The position numbers were made by a program, and so were the translations under genes. Below the pieces are notes generated by a model. It was not told the origin of the DNA and made no database searches. It saw nothing but the letters and a program-made list of their open reading frames with translations. This document shows positions 1 through 13,423 of a stretch of DNA of 64,000 bases, one piece after another (position 1 is the first letter of the stretch; each line of letters opens with the position of its first letter). This DNA comes from Octopus sinensis (taxonomy: Eukaryota). The DNA lies in assembly GCF_006345805.1 (NCBI RefSeq), contig NC_043011.1, positions 4,898,001 to 4,962,000 of the forward strand, written 5' to 3'.

Positions 1-202
1 CAAACATTTCGACTGTTTTTGTTATGTTAGCGCCTTCCATAGTAGCACCAACAATTTGACCTCTTTGAAAGTCCGATAGATCTGTCATTTTAATGAATTT
101 TAATTACCCTTTTCTGATAATATCTGAAAAGAAACAGCAATTTTAGCAAAACATATTAAGTAACACTAATAATAAATAAATAAAAATAAACAATAAAAAT
201 AA

Positions 203-318
203 TAGGCGCAGGAGTGGTTGTGGGGTTAGTAGCTTACTTATCAACCACATGGTTCCGGGTTCAGTCTCACTGCGTGGCACTTTGGACAAGTGTCTTCTAC
301 TATAGGCTCGGGCCGACC

Positions 319-365
<47 letters not shown>

Positions 366-565
366 TATGTCTGTGTTTGTCCTCCCAACATCGCTTGACA
401 ATCGATGCTGGTGAGTTTACGTCCCCGTAACCTAGCGGTTCGGCAAAAGAGACCGATACAATTAGTACTAAGCTTACCAAGAATAAGTTCTGGGGTCGAT
501 TTGCTCGAATGAAGGCGGTGCTCCAGCATGTCCGCATTCAAATGACTGAAACAAGTATAAGAGTA
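203..565 (+). mobile_element. SINE family A (tRNA head, CORE-like GGCACCTTGGGCAAGTGTC, internal microsatellite)
   Basis: A/B-box-like head and AAGAGT-type tail; roughly 20 copies or fragments in the window. Confidence 0.85.
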
Positions 566-2165
566 AGCTTTTGACGGTTTTATATATATTCCAAAATCAT
601 GGTGCTATGATGCTAGGTGTTTCCATTATTTTGTCCAACCCCCTGTAAAAATGGGAGCTTGTTACTCAAAGCAGACGGCGCGTGTAAAATGTGTTATTTC
701 AACCGATTGGTTCTCAACCATCGTCGTTTTATCCCTGGACCTCTTTGATTCCTATTTTACTGGATTGGACCCCCAGAGCTACCCCACCCGATGTTTGAAA
801 AATTTCTATGGTAATTTTTCGAGGAAATGCATAAAAATGAAATTGTTAAAATATTTTGTGCATTGTAGAAGAATAAGGAATTTATTGCATAGAAACTTTA
901 GCAACAAAGTCTTACATGGACCCCACCAAGAGTCAAGTGAACCCCACTAAGGGTCAAGTGAACCCCGGTTTAGATTCACTGTTTTAGCCATTTAGATAGG
1001 ACGAGTTAAGTTTTCCCGTGGCACACGAACTCACAACTTCCGTAAATATTCTTACGACGTCAACAATGTGTGTGTGTGTGTTTGTGTGTGTGTGTATGCG
1101 TGTGTGTGTGTGTGCGTGTGCGTGTATGTGTGTGTGTGTTTGTATGTGTGTGTATGTGTGTGTGTATGTGTGTGTATGTGTGTGTGTGTATGTGTGTGTG
1201 TATGTGTGTGTATGTGTGTGTATGTGTGTGTATTGTGTGTATGTGTGTGTGTGTGGTGTGTGTGTGTGTGTGTGTGTTTGTATGTCTGTGTTTGTCCTCC
1301 CAACATCGCTTGACAATCGATGCTGGTGAGTTTACGTCCCCGTAACCTAGCGGTTCGGCAAAAGAGACCGATACAATTAGTACTAAGCTTACCAAGAATA
1401 AGTTCTGGGGTCGATTTGCTCGAATGAAGGCGGTGCTCCAGCATGTCCGCATTCAAATGACTGAAACAAGTATAAGAGTAAGCTTTTGACGGTTTTATAT
1501 ATATTCCAAAATCATGGTGCTATGATGCTAGGTGTTTCCATTATTTTGTCCAACCCCCTGTAAAAATGGGAGCTTGTTACTCAAGCAGACGGCGCGTGTA
1601 AAATGTGTTATTTCAACCGATTGGTTCTCAACCATCGTCGTTTTATCCCTGGACCTCTTTGATTCCTATTTTACTGGATTGGACCCCCAGAGCTACCCCA
1701 CCCGATGTTTGAAAAATTTCTATGGTAATTTTTCGAGGAAATGCATAAAAATGAAATTGTTAAAATATTTTGTGCATTGTAGAAGAATAAGGAATTTATT
1801 GCATAGAAACTTTAGCAACAAAGTCTTACATGGACCCCACCAAGAGTCAAGTGAACCCCACTAAGGGTCAAGTGAACCCCGGTTTAGATTCACTGTTTTA
1901 GCCATTTAGATAGGACGAGTTAAGTTTTCCCGTGGCACACGAACTCACAACTTCCGTAAATATTCTTACGACGTCAACAATGTGTGTGTGTGTGTTTGTG
2001 TGTGTGTATGCGTGTGTGTGTGTGTGCGTGTGCGTGTATGTGTGTGTGTGTTTGTATGTGTGTGTATGTGTGTGTGTATGTGTGTGTATGTGTGTGTGTG
2101 TATGTGTGTGTGTATGTGTGTGTATGTGTGTGTATGTGTGTGTATTGTGTGTATGTGTGTGTGTG

Positions 2166-2197
<32 letters not shown>
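340..2197. repeat. ~914-bp near-perfect tandem duplication
   Basis: 361-1250 is repeated at ~1277-2160; breakpoints fall in (GT)n. Confidence 0.95.
705..981. mobile_element. Decayed hAT-type MITE (duplicate at ~1619-1895, relative at ~41740-41963)
   Basis: Degenerate TIRs TGGTTCTCAACC / GGTTTAGATTCACTG with subterminal GGACCCC/GAACCCC repeats. Confidence 0.55.
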
Positions 2198-2198
<1 letters not shown>

Positions 2199-3393
2199 CG
2201 TTTCTTTCTGAAGGCAGTAGAAATGTGATGTGAGAAAAATTTGGCTGCTGTTTCTTGCACGTCGCGCAACATAATTAAAGCGCAAGTGTTGGCTTAGCTG
2301 GTAGTTTGAATAATTAAATAAAAATTCAAATGATTAATTGATAAAATAATGAACGTGGCACGTGAATCTTCTTAATTACTTTTTATTTCGCTGTTGAATT
2401 GTGCTTTATTTTATTATTGTTTTCGTCACAAGTCATTAGCAGACCTAAAAAAGGCAATCTATTCGCGACCATCGCATCTCTTTGGTTTTTATTTATCGTA
2501 GACTGCATTTTCCTCTGTCTTTCATTTTTTAAACACGAGAGAATGTGATGTAACGAAGATTTGACTGCTATTTCTAGCAAACTGAACACCCCTGTAGAAA
2601 CTCACTCTAGTGTGGGTCTTACTGTGGATGATGATGATGATGATGTATATTGAATTTCTTGCTGCTACTATTTGGCTCTCAGTTCTATCCTAACCAATAA
2701 GATACTTGTTAAAGACGTTCCAGCCGGAGCCATTCATGTTTTTTTTTATATATTTAGAACTAAGACGGTAGGGTTTGGTTTTAGAGAGATTTGACTGTTA
2801 TTTCTAGCAAATTGAGCAACCATATAGAAGTTCACTCATCAGTTTATTGTTGCTATCGTGTTGTTGTTGTTGTTGTTGTTGCTGCTGATGATGATGATAA
2901 TGATGATGACGACGATGACGACGTCTATGATGATGATGATGATCTATTTTATTTGCTGTTTCTGTCGCTGCTATAGCTGCTACTAATGATTAGATCCCAG
3001 TTCAATTCTGACCAGTCCCAGCCGTAGTCATCCCATTTTTCTTTTTTATGAATCTAATTGGTTTCATTCGCAAAATAAGTCCCTTTTAATTTTGCTCAGA
3101 TTGCTTTCAATTTCGGTGCATCAATGCAGCTTTGATTACGATCAACCAATTACTTTACGTCGTAAATTAAAGAATCTGATGTTGTTTGGAATCAAAGTTG
3201 GGACATTCGGGTAATTTTAGCCAATCAACAGACAGCAAGGCATTAACAGCTTGTTACCATGACAAACGCACGTTGTGTTGTGTCCTCTTCATCCGCATGT
3301 TGTGTTGATTCTTCACACCACGAGATTTACTTCACCCGCGTGTTTTGTTTTAATAAAACTTTATATTTATCAATTAGAATGTTATTATAGATA

Positions 3394-3757
3394 CTAGCAC
3401 TATGACCCGGCAACGCCGGGTCATAGTGCTAGTGCATGCATATACAGCTGCGTGCGTACACACATACACGCGAGTACTGTCCAAATTTTCGACCAATCAC
3501 ATACAGCTAGCTGGCATTCAATTGGCGTATCAAGTTTCGGGTATTTTGATTGGGTTTTGGATAGAAAATTCATAAAAAAGTCACTTCTATTGATTTTTTA
3601 ATGGCTTTGCGGAGTGACTGGGGGAATGTAAGGATGTGCACGATCACCCTTGGACGGTTTTGAATGACCATAGAAAGTGCGAGCCCTCTAACTGAAAAAT
3701 TGTGAATTTATATAAAGGACACACACACACAGACATTTTGCCGTTTATATATATAGA
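3394..3757 (-). mobile_element. Non-autonomous Helitron
   Basis: 5'-TC...CTAG-3' on the minus strand, GC hairpin CCCGGC-AAC-GCCGGG near the 3' end, A^T insertion site, no TSD. Confidence 0.8.
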
Positions 3758-4854
3758 TATTTTTCCTCAATTGTCTTAATATTTTACACATTTTTCATAT
3801 ATAGCAAAAGATGTTTGCGATGTTTATACAGTTTCTTAACATTCTAAAGGGGAATGGAATGGCACACCTGCACTTCAAGCACAGTATTGACAAAGCATCG
3901 GTGACTCATCGACTCAGTATTGCCAAGCTTCAGGGACTCATTGACTCAGATAGCTGGATTTATGATTTCACTAGGTTAATTCTATTCATAAACATTTGAA
4001 TTAAGAGTATTTCTTAAACCGTTAGCTTCACATTTCAACAGCTTAACTGAAATTTAGCTCAAGCAACAGGAACTGAGAGCGATATCGTGGAACAGAGAAA
4101 CTGTGGGTGATAAAGACAATTTGACATTATTTTTGAATTCTGCATGCAAAAACATATAAGATACAGGTATTCTTCTCCTTGGGACAAATTCTTTATTGAC
4201 CAGTGTTATTCTTATCGTAGTTTACAAATCCAAGCATGAAAACGTTACGGAACTTTGAAGTTTGGGAGTCAGACGCCCCCTTTACAGACACACACACATG
4301 TAATTATATATTAATGGTGTACACAAATACATGACAGGTATACATAATACTGAAATAAGTATAAAGCAAACATGCAGACAAATATATTAGTATAGCAAAT
4401 TTTTTAAAAATAGAAAAAAACATACAATCAAGGAAGAGACAAGAGAAATAGTAAGATGATACATGTTGATTTTATTAGGTATTTCTATTTATTTAGAAGC
4501 CTACAATGAAATTAGGTATTTCTGTTTATTTAGAAACTATAAATTTCACAGGATACAACCTTAACATTGACACCGCTCTGCTAACCGCAGAAAATTTCTA
4601 TATCGCTATTGGCTAAAAATAGTTTTTCCGATTTTTAAACCTCTGTAACTTTTTCCTCTAATTTTTTTCTCCAGAACATCATATGTTCATAACAATGAGA
4701 CTGGAAGATTACATTATTATAGCCGATTTTCAGATATTTTACTTTCTTTTAAAAGTAATGCATATTTTGCGAATAAAAAAAACAAACTAGTTTATAGAAA
4801 TATTATTATTTCTAAGTCTCTCTAAAGGAGACTGCGGCAGCGGTGCTGGATATA

Positions 4855-5138
4855 AATAGTTATCGCCAAGCTATATGGCAGTCCATAAATATAGCACGAA
4901 AGCTGCCGTTGATTAGCTACAAGAGGCCATCGCCTCTAGCTAGTTTCGAAATACCTTGAAACTAGTCTGCAGATGCCTGACCCGCAAGGGGAAGCGGCTG
5001 ACCTCCCCTGTTCGACGGTTATAATGGACAGGTTCGTGTGCCACATAGCTAGCTAGAGGCGATGGCCTCTTGGAGCTAATCAGCGGCAGCTTTCGTCCTA
5101 TATTTATGGACTGCCATATTAACTTGGCGATAACTATT
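4855..5138. mobile_element. Fold-back/MITE-like element with ~88-bp inverted arms
   Basis: 4855-4943 is the near reverse complement of ~5052-5138. Confidence 0.75.
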
Positions 5139-6032
5139 AAAAAAACCTAGTTCTTTTTTATATTTATGTTTAAAACTAGGATGGCAGGGTTTGATTTTTA
5201 GGGTGATTTGACTGTTATTTTGAGTAAACCCATCGGCCTCACCAATTTAGTTTGTTTAGTAACCTCCATCTTTAGCTTGTTGATTTTGTTGTATTTGTTT
5301 TGTCATCTGCTGCTGCTACTGCTGCTACTGCTGCTTAGCCCATAGTTCAGTCTCGACCGAGAAGAAATATGGTCAAAGCGTTCTGATCGTAGACAGCCCA
5401 TACTGTACTTGAATTGAGGGCGATTTGACTGCTATTTCTAAAAGGACATCGTTGACATTAACATTGCTCTCCTCCAGCAAACTGTTGCAGTTGTTAATAT
5501 TTTATACTCTTACAGCTGTGTGGTTACGAAGTTCGCTTTGTAAGCTCGTGATTTCGGGTTCTATTCACAGCGCGGTACATCGGGCAAGCGACGTCTACTG
5601 TAGCTACTGGGCTGATCAATGCCTTGCGAGTGAATTTCATAGAAGGACACTGCGTAGAGGCCCGTTTTGTATACAGACATATACATACATATATACTCAC
5701 AAACACATACACACACGTTTATATTAGCACTCACCTAATGGGTAAGCATGCCTCATCAATTCACAAGTATGCATAGCATATGCACACGTGGTCGAGCCCA
5801 TTTGTTCATTCGAGGAAAGGGAATTGGAGAATCTTTGGAATGTTTTACAGACCTTCACTGCACCACTTATTTACAGAAATTAAAGGATGCAGGTTAGTTT
5901 ACATTGTTAAATGTTGCGAAAAATTGCAGCAATTCGATACATACATACATACATAAATACACTCACGCACACACACACACGCACACACACACACACACAC
6001 CACACACACACACATACACTCACACACGCGCA

Positions 6033-6099
<67 letters not shown>

Positions 6100-6119
6100 A
6101 TATCTATCTATCTATAGAT

Positions 6120-6440
6120 TCTCTTGTTTCAGTCATTTGACTGCGGCCATGCTGGAACACCACCTTAAGTCGAATAAATCGACCTCAGGACTTAGTCTTT
6201 GGAAGCCTAGTACTTATTTAATCGGCCTCTTTTGCCGAAACGCTAAGTTACGGGAACGTAAACACCAACACGCGCGCGCACACACTCGCACATTAACGAT
6301 GGGCTTCTTTCAATTTCCGTCTACCAAATCTACTCACAAGGCTTTGGTGGGCCCGAGACTATAGTAGAAGACACTACCCCAAAGTGTCATGCAAAGGGAC
6401 TGAACTCGGAACCATGTAGTTGGGAAGCACAGCCACGCCT
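6120..6440 (-). mobile_element. SINE family A
   Basis: Collinear with the other copies. Confidence 0.85.
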
Positions 6441-6699
6441 ATATGGGATATATATATATATTTAATTTTAATTTTTGTTTTATTTTTCTTCTAACGCTTG
6501 TGCTTCTTTCTCCCCAGACCCTTTGAATGTTTCCTTCCCACGTTTAATTTCCTCTCCGCTTTTTTTTCTCTCCCCCTTGTTATTCCACCATGCCGGACTA
6601 CAAATCCTACCTCCTCACTCTTCACCATCGCCTAAAACAATGCCTCCGCTTTCTTCCTTTCCACTGCTTTCAGCAGTCGCCATGATAGATCGTTAGCCA

Positions 6700-6878
6700 C
6701 TACATACATTTTTGTTCTCTCCTTGTTTCTCTCCTTGTTTTTTCTGTGTCACTTTCTGTAGAAGAGCGTAGGCTCGAAACGTAAAAGACTTTTTCTATTC
6801 CTAAGCGTTATACTAATACATCTTTTTTTTTGTACACCACCTGTCTTCGTCTTTTGTTTTTTTCGTAAACTCTCCCTA
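6700..6878 (+). mobile_element. Related Penelope-like terminal fragment with HHR-like motif
   Basis: CTGTAGA-A-GAGC(GTAG)GCTC-GAAACGT...GCGTT; ends at (TA)n; paralogous to 34140-34315. Confidence 0.55.
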
Positions 6879-7189
6879 TATATATATATATATAGATATA
6901 TATTCTCTCCCTCCTCCCTTATTCCACTTCCGTTCTTTCCCTCTCCATCCGTCCCCCCCCTTTCTACGCTTCTCTATCTCTCTCACCCCAGCCCCCTCGA
7001 TTCTGTCTCTTTCTTCTCCTCCCTCGTCCACCTTCTCTCCCTTTTCATCTGTCCCTTTCTCCTGTCTTTTGTTCTCACGTGACAGCGAGCCGCTGTTGAG
7101 CGCTCTTTTCGTTTTCAGCAGCCTCAGAAGCAACACGTATTTGTTCGTCTCCCCGTGGCCTTTAGGCACAACTTCACAAGCCAGCCCCT

Positions 7190-7581
7190 ACTCAAATCGT
7201 CCTGTCGAAAGACCCTTGTCCTACGTCCTGGTTTTGTTTTGTTGTTTATTTTTTTTTTTTACCGTTATTGTTTTTACGTTTTTGTATTCTTATTGGTGTC
7301 ACGTATTCTGTATTTTTGTTTGTGTACTTCGATCGTTTTCCGTCCTTTCGTTGTATACATTCGAAGCTTTCTTCCAGGGGATCTAATGCGCTTGGCTTAG
7401 ATTTCCCTTGGCGGGCTGGCCATATCGGAGCAATCTCAAGATTAATCAGCCGAAATTGCTAAGTGATCTGGTTCTTGACTGATGACTGAGGGCTCGTTAA
7501 TGTCCCGTCCTGTGGTTCTTGTGTCGTCTCTGTGGTGTTTCATGTTCTTGTCCATGTCTGTATTTAATTTTACTGTTTACC

Positions 7582-7583
<2 letters not shown>
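7190..7583 (+). mobile_element. Penelope-like/retrozyme terminal fragment carrying the rearranged HHR
   Basis: Shares ordered motifs (TGTATACATTCG, TTCCAG, TAATGC, GCTTA) and a T-rich tail running into (TA)n with 40030-40420; boundaries approximate. Confidence 0.5.
7429..7489 (+). ncRNA. Candidate rearranged (non-circularly permuted) hammerhead ribozyme
   Basis: AGCAAT-C-TCAAGA..TCAG-CC-GAA-ATTGCT..TCTTGA-CTGATGA-CTGA. Stems III and I are perfect 6-bp helices in register with the core; stem II is 4 bp with 2 extra C. Confidence 0.65.
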
Positions 7584-7652
<69 letters not shown>

Positions 7653-7656
<4 letters not shown>

Positions 7657-8020
7657 GAGCAAACGTGGGTTGAGAAGCTTGCTTTCCAACCACATGGTAA
7701 CAGGTTCCGTCCCACTGCATGGCACCTTGGGTAAGTGTCTTCTACTATAGGCATGGGCCGAGTTACGTGCCGCCCAAAGCCTTGTAAGAAGATTTGGTAG
7801 ACGGAAACTGAAAGAGTCCTGTTGTATACACACACAGACATACGTGTAAGCGCATGCTCGTATTTGTGTCTCTCATCTGCCGCCGTTTAACAAACGGGGT
7901 AGTTGTGCGTACGTTTCCATAACTGGGCGGTACGGTAAAAGACACCGATGGAATAAGTATAAAAAGTAAGTACTGGAGTGGGTTCATTCGACTAAGAATT
8001 CCTCAACGCAGTACCCTAGC
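7653..8020 (+). mobile_element. SINE family A, diverged
   Basis: Collinear with the other copies. Confidence 0.8.
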
Positions 8021-8996
8021 AGATATGTATGCAAATATGTATATTTGTGCATAGCTGTATGAACGACTACATACATGTGTGTGTGTACGTGTGTGTGTGT
8101 ATCAGTGTGCGTGTGTTTGTGTGTGTGTGTGTGTGCGTGTGTTTGTGTGTGCGTGTATGTGCGTGCTTGCCTGTGTTCGCTTTGCATCTATGATTCCTTT
8201 GTTCGGCCGTCCCAAGCCTTGCCACTGTGCGGTTGGACTCAGACTGGCGCAAGCATGCGCATGCGTGTCTGTATGTACTTATTTGTTGTTATTGTTGTTT
8301 GGCGTCGTTTGTTTGTTTTGGCTCCTGGTCAACTTTAATTCATCGAACCTGTGACCAAAAACGTTCCAACCGTGCCACCACTGCTCTTTTTACATATCTT
8401 TTGTTTTTGTTTCATATAAAGGGAAATCCCCCGGGGTTTTATTCCCCAATGTGGCCACGTTTGTTTTAAAAAACGATAGGATGTGATCTTAAAGAGACTT
8501 GCCTGCAATTTACAGAAGACGAGCGACCTCACAGAGTATCGCTCTGAGATGAGGCGAAAGCTATAATTTCTGGTTTGTCCTAGTTCGGGAACACGACACA
8601 CGCAGTACTAAACTTCTTGCTAGCATTCCTCATAGATGTGAGGCAATGAAGATTTGAAAAAGGGGCGGGCAAATTGTCATGTTCAATAAAATGAAAATGT
8701 TTTTAAGGTTCTAAAGTTTCTAAAGTTGTATAACAACATGGTGATGAAAGATAAATGATATGGACACAAACAAACTCATTTGCATCGTTCTCTGCGACTA
8801 ATTGGAAGAACTCATCGAGCATTGAGTGGAATAACCTCACAGCTTTTGATCTGGTTCTGAGTTCAAATCTCACAGAGATCAATTTTGTCTGCGTGACACA
8901 CCTTGGGCAAATGTCTTCTACTCTAGCTCCAGCCGACTGATACCTGTGAGTGATTTTGGCAGACGAAAACTCTACGGAAGCCCGTCTTGTACACAC

Positions 8997-9032
<36 letters not shown>

Positions 9033-9277
9033 ACACACACACACACGTGGGTCTTCTACGGAGGGGCTCGAAACGGTCGTAGTGGTTCTGGGTAAAGAGA
9101 CTCCCATCTTTTATATATAAACTACGGACACAAAAAAATTCTGAAGTAAATCCAGTGAGATATACCTCTATATTGTTGTTGACATCAGGTAGCCAAATAC
9201 TATGGAAGGACTTTGACCACCGTACTACAAAGTGTATTATATCCGGATATAAGATTATGTCTGTATGTTTGTGTGTG

Positions 9278-9385
<108 letters not shown>

Positions 9386-10654
9386 CACATGCATACGCAC
9401 ACGTGTGTGTGTGTGCGTGTACGTATGCATATACATGTGTGCGATTGTGTGTGTTGGTGTGTCTCTGTGTTTGTTCCTCTCCACCGCTTTACAACCGGTC
9501 TTGGGTTATTTACGTCTTCGTAACTTACATAAATACATACATACATATGGCTATCTACTCGTTAGTCGAGCATGACCATCACTGACTAGTGTCAGCTATA
9601 CCTGTGCAAGTTTTTTTAATTTGATGTCGACTTGCACAACACCAGCGACTCTCACCAGCAATGCCAGGAAGTCCAGAAACAAGCAAAGTGCAAGATATCC
9701 GTCTTTGTGGAGCAGCAGGTTTTATATGTGAGTCAGCTTTCTCTAGTGGGATGCATAAAAAAAAGCTCAGAGGTCCCTCATTCTCAGCAGGCGTTCTGCG
9801 CCCACGGACACCTATACGAGTATTTTTACGTCTCGGCGCATGCATGCAAGCATACATACATATATACATACAGACTTGGATTTCCAGTAAAAGAAATCAA
9901 CCAACTGACTCGCACATAACAAATACGATCTGTAAGCGGAACAATAAAACTATGCAAGACTTTCCTCAAGTTTAAAATGTGACATTGTATTCGTTGTCTA
10001 CATTCCAAAGATGGAGTTTTGTATCCATGTTAGAAACCATCTCCTTCTTCAGAGGAACAATTTAAATGATTAAATAAAGAAGGGGCATACATAGAAACAT
10101 GCACACATACACATACACACATACATACATACATACATACATACATACATACATACATACATACATACATGCATGCATGCAACGCAGCTGTTGTTGAATA
10201 CATACATATATCTTTTCTACTCTAGGCAAAAGGTCCGAAATTTTGGGGGAAGGGGCCAGTCGATCAGATCGACCCCAGTACGCAACTGTTACTTAATTTA
10301 TCGACTCCGAAAGGATGAAAGGCAAAGTCGACCTCGGTGGAATTTGAACACAGAACGTAAAGACAAACGAGAATAACATGAGTAACATTGCTGGCAGAGT
10401 CTCTTGAAAATTTCTGATATGTAGCTAAGTGCAAACTCAAGAGAAGCAAAAAAAAAAAAAAAACCCTCATGTACAGTCATAGAGGTAACCTGCTCTGTAA
10501 ATGTGAAAATTCTTTCCAAAATCAACGATAAGGATTACCTGCAGCTTTGATTATATGCGCACACTTTATACAAATAATTATTATTGCGCTTGACTGTGTT
10601 TATAAATATTTATGCGATTTGAAAAGCTAGGCTTTCCAAGCAAACTAAGTAATC

Positions 10655-10729
<75 letters not shown>

Positions 10730-10768
10730 TAGATAGATAGTTAGACAGATATATTCACACACACACCA

Positions 10769-10822
<54 letters not shown>

Positions 10823-10849
10823 ATCTATCTATCTATATCTATATATATA

Positions 10850-10924
<75 letters not shown>

Positions 10925-10989
10925 TATATAGATATATATATAGATAGATAGATGATATAGATAGATAGATGATAGATAGATAGATAGAT

Positions 10990-11026
<37 letters not shown>

Positions 11027-11066
11027 CTGGTGTGTGTGTGAATATCTCTGTCTATCTATCTGTTTA

Positions 11067-11154
<88 letters not shown>

Positions 11155-11159
11155 ATGAT

Positions 11160-11370
11160 GTGACCGCGTGTGTACCGTTGGCGATTTTTTCCCTCCGTCT
11201 TCCCTTCTCTGGATCTTTCCTTTTCCTATGTTTCTGACGAAGAGCTCCACTCGAAACGTAAAACCCTCCTTCTTCCCTTCCTTCCTGAGCGTCAAATAAT
11301 ACTATATTTGTCCCACGTCTTCGCGTTGTTGTGTTTTCTCTTTGTGTTTTAATGTTTGGATTAACTATAT
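11160..11370 (+). mobile_element. Penelope-like terminal fragment with type I HHR variant (11229-11298)
   Basis: TGTTT-CTGACGA-A-GAG(CTCCA)CTC-GAAACGT...GCGTC-AAATA; ends at (TA)n. Confidence 0.65.
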
Positions 11371-11621
11371 ATATATTATATATATAGTATAATATACATA
11401 CATACACATGCATGCGCATATAATGATCCCTTGTACAATATACTTGATTATAAAATTGGTCGCGGTTGAAACGTCTTAGATCAAACCATAAGTTTACTCC
11501 TTGCAAGACTGACTAGACCAGGGGCTACACTTGAACATGTGGTATGTTCCTTAATCAGACGTGATCATGCGACATTGGGACTGATTGGTTGATCTGTGAG
11601 GGTGCCCAGTGTGTGCTATAG

Positions 11622-11846
11622 TTAGCTGGCAGAAACGTTAGCACGCCGGGCGAAATGCGTAGCCGTATTTCGTCTGCCCTTACGTTCTGAGTTCAAATTC
11701 CGCTGAGGTCGACTTTACTATTCATCCTTTCGGGGTCGATAAATTAAGTACCAGTTACGCACTGGGGTCGATGTAATCCACTTAATCCGTTTGTCTGTCC
11801 TTATTTGTCCCCTCTGTGTTTAGCCCCTTGTGGGTAGTAAAGAAAT
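11622..11846 (+). mobile_element. SINE family B
   Basis: Near-identical to 54924-55157. Confidence 0.85.
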
Positions 11847-12314
11847 ATATAATTCTGCTCTATAGGAACTGATTTGGAATCAAGACACAACAGTCACCTA
11901 CTACAACAACATAAAAAAGACCACCACCACCACCACCGTCATCGCTACCACCAAAATAGCTACGAAGGGTAGAAAACCAACGGTAGCAACAGTATCTACA
12001 TTACTAACAGTAACACTAATAACGGCAGCAGCAGCAGCAGCAGCAGCAGCTAAATTGCTTTAACGCTCTTTAAGACGATAATAGACTTTTACGGTATAAA
12101 CATTAATTAACAAGTAATTTAAATCCCACACATTAATTATGGATTAATTAAGAAAGTCCAATTAATCTTCTGGTAGCTTGATGTTCAATTAAAATGCCTT
12201 TCTAAATGGATTTCTTTGCAAACGTGTGCGGCGACGGCGGCCAGTGGTGGTAGTGGCGGTAGCGGTGGTGATGAGATTATATTGTTTGTGTGTGTGTGTG
12301 TGTGCCTGTGGGCA

Positions 12315-12345
<31 letters not shown>

Positions 12346-13087
12346 TGTGTGTGTGTGTGTGTGTGTGCGTGCGCATTGTGCTTATGAGTAAGTGGGGGCT
12401 GCGCACGCACTGATAAAGGGTTGGTTTAACTGAAAACCCAACAACCGCGGAGGGACATCGTTGTTTCACATAGCGATGTTTTCGGATCTTGATGGGCACA
12501 AGGAAGTCAGTTTATTAAGGACTTAACTTCAGAGAGAGACAGCATTATAGACTTACTGGCAACCTCCGAAAGGTTAACATATAAAGGTCTTAATAAACAC
12601 AAGGACTTCCCCTTATTAACTGCGTAACGATTTCAGGGAAATGGCATTTACAGAAGGACATAATTTTATAGGTGTTAATAAGTGCGGAGATATCTGCTTA
12701 ATAAGGGCCAAGCAAGCACAGACGGGCAAGCCATATTAGGGTAGCTTGCAACCCTAGGCATGACTGTGTGATTAAGAAGTTCACTTCGTAACCATGTAGT
12801 TTCGGTTTCGGTTCCACTGCACAGTACCCAAGTCTTGTAGATGGATTTGGTAGACAAAAACTGAAAGCAACCCATTGTAAACATACATACATACATACAT
12901 ACATACATAGTCGAAGCAGGGGCAGCGGAAGAAGGGGAAAGTTCCTTGTGTTGTATGTCTTTTACTCTGTTTTGTCGTTGTTGAAAAAGTCCGTTTCCAT
13001 GTTTTTGTTTTTATGTTTTCGTTTCTCGTTGTGTTCTACGTTTTTTTTTGTGTCCTGTACCCATATAAGCATGTATATATACATATA

Positions 13088-13245
13088 GATCTTTCCTTCT
13101 CCTATGTTTCCGACGAAGAGCTCCGCTCGAAACGTTAAACCCTCCTTCTTCCCTTCTTTCCTGAGCGTCCAATAATACTATATTTGTTCCACGTCCTCGC
13201 GTTGTTGTGTTTTTTTTTGTGTTTTCTTGTTTGGATTAACTTTAT
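13088..13245 (+). mobile_element. Second copy of the 11160-11370 element (core CCGACGA)
   Basis: Near-identical to 11212-11365. Confidence 0.65.
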
Positions 13246-13377
13246 ATACATATAGATGTAGGTATGTACATGTATGTATGTATGTATGTATGTATGTATG
13301 TATGTATGCATATGTTTTATTTATTAATTTGTTATTATATGATCGAACGCCACGCATCCACTTCCAAGTAAGTTTTA

Positions 13378-13422
<45 letters not shown>

Positions 13423-13423
<1 letters not shown>

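Noticed and set aside
5068-5120. GGCAGTC..GGACGAAAGCTGCC-GCTGATTAG on the minus strand, resembling a scrambled HHR
   Set aside because: The core reads CUGAUUA, there is no stem I and no linker; a simple hairpin explains it
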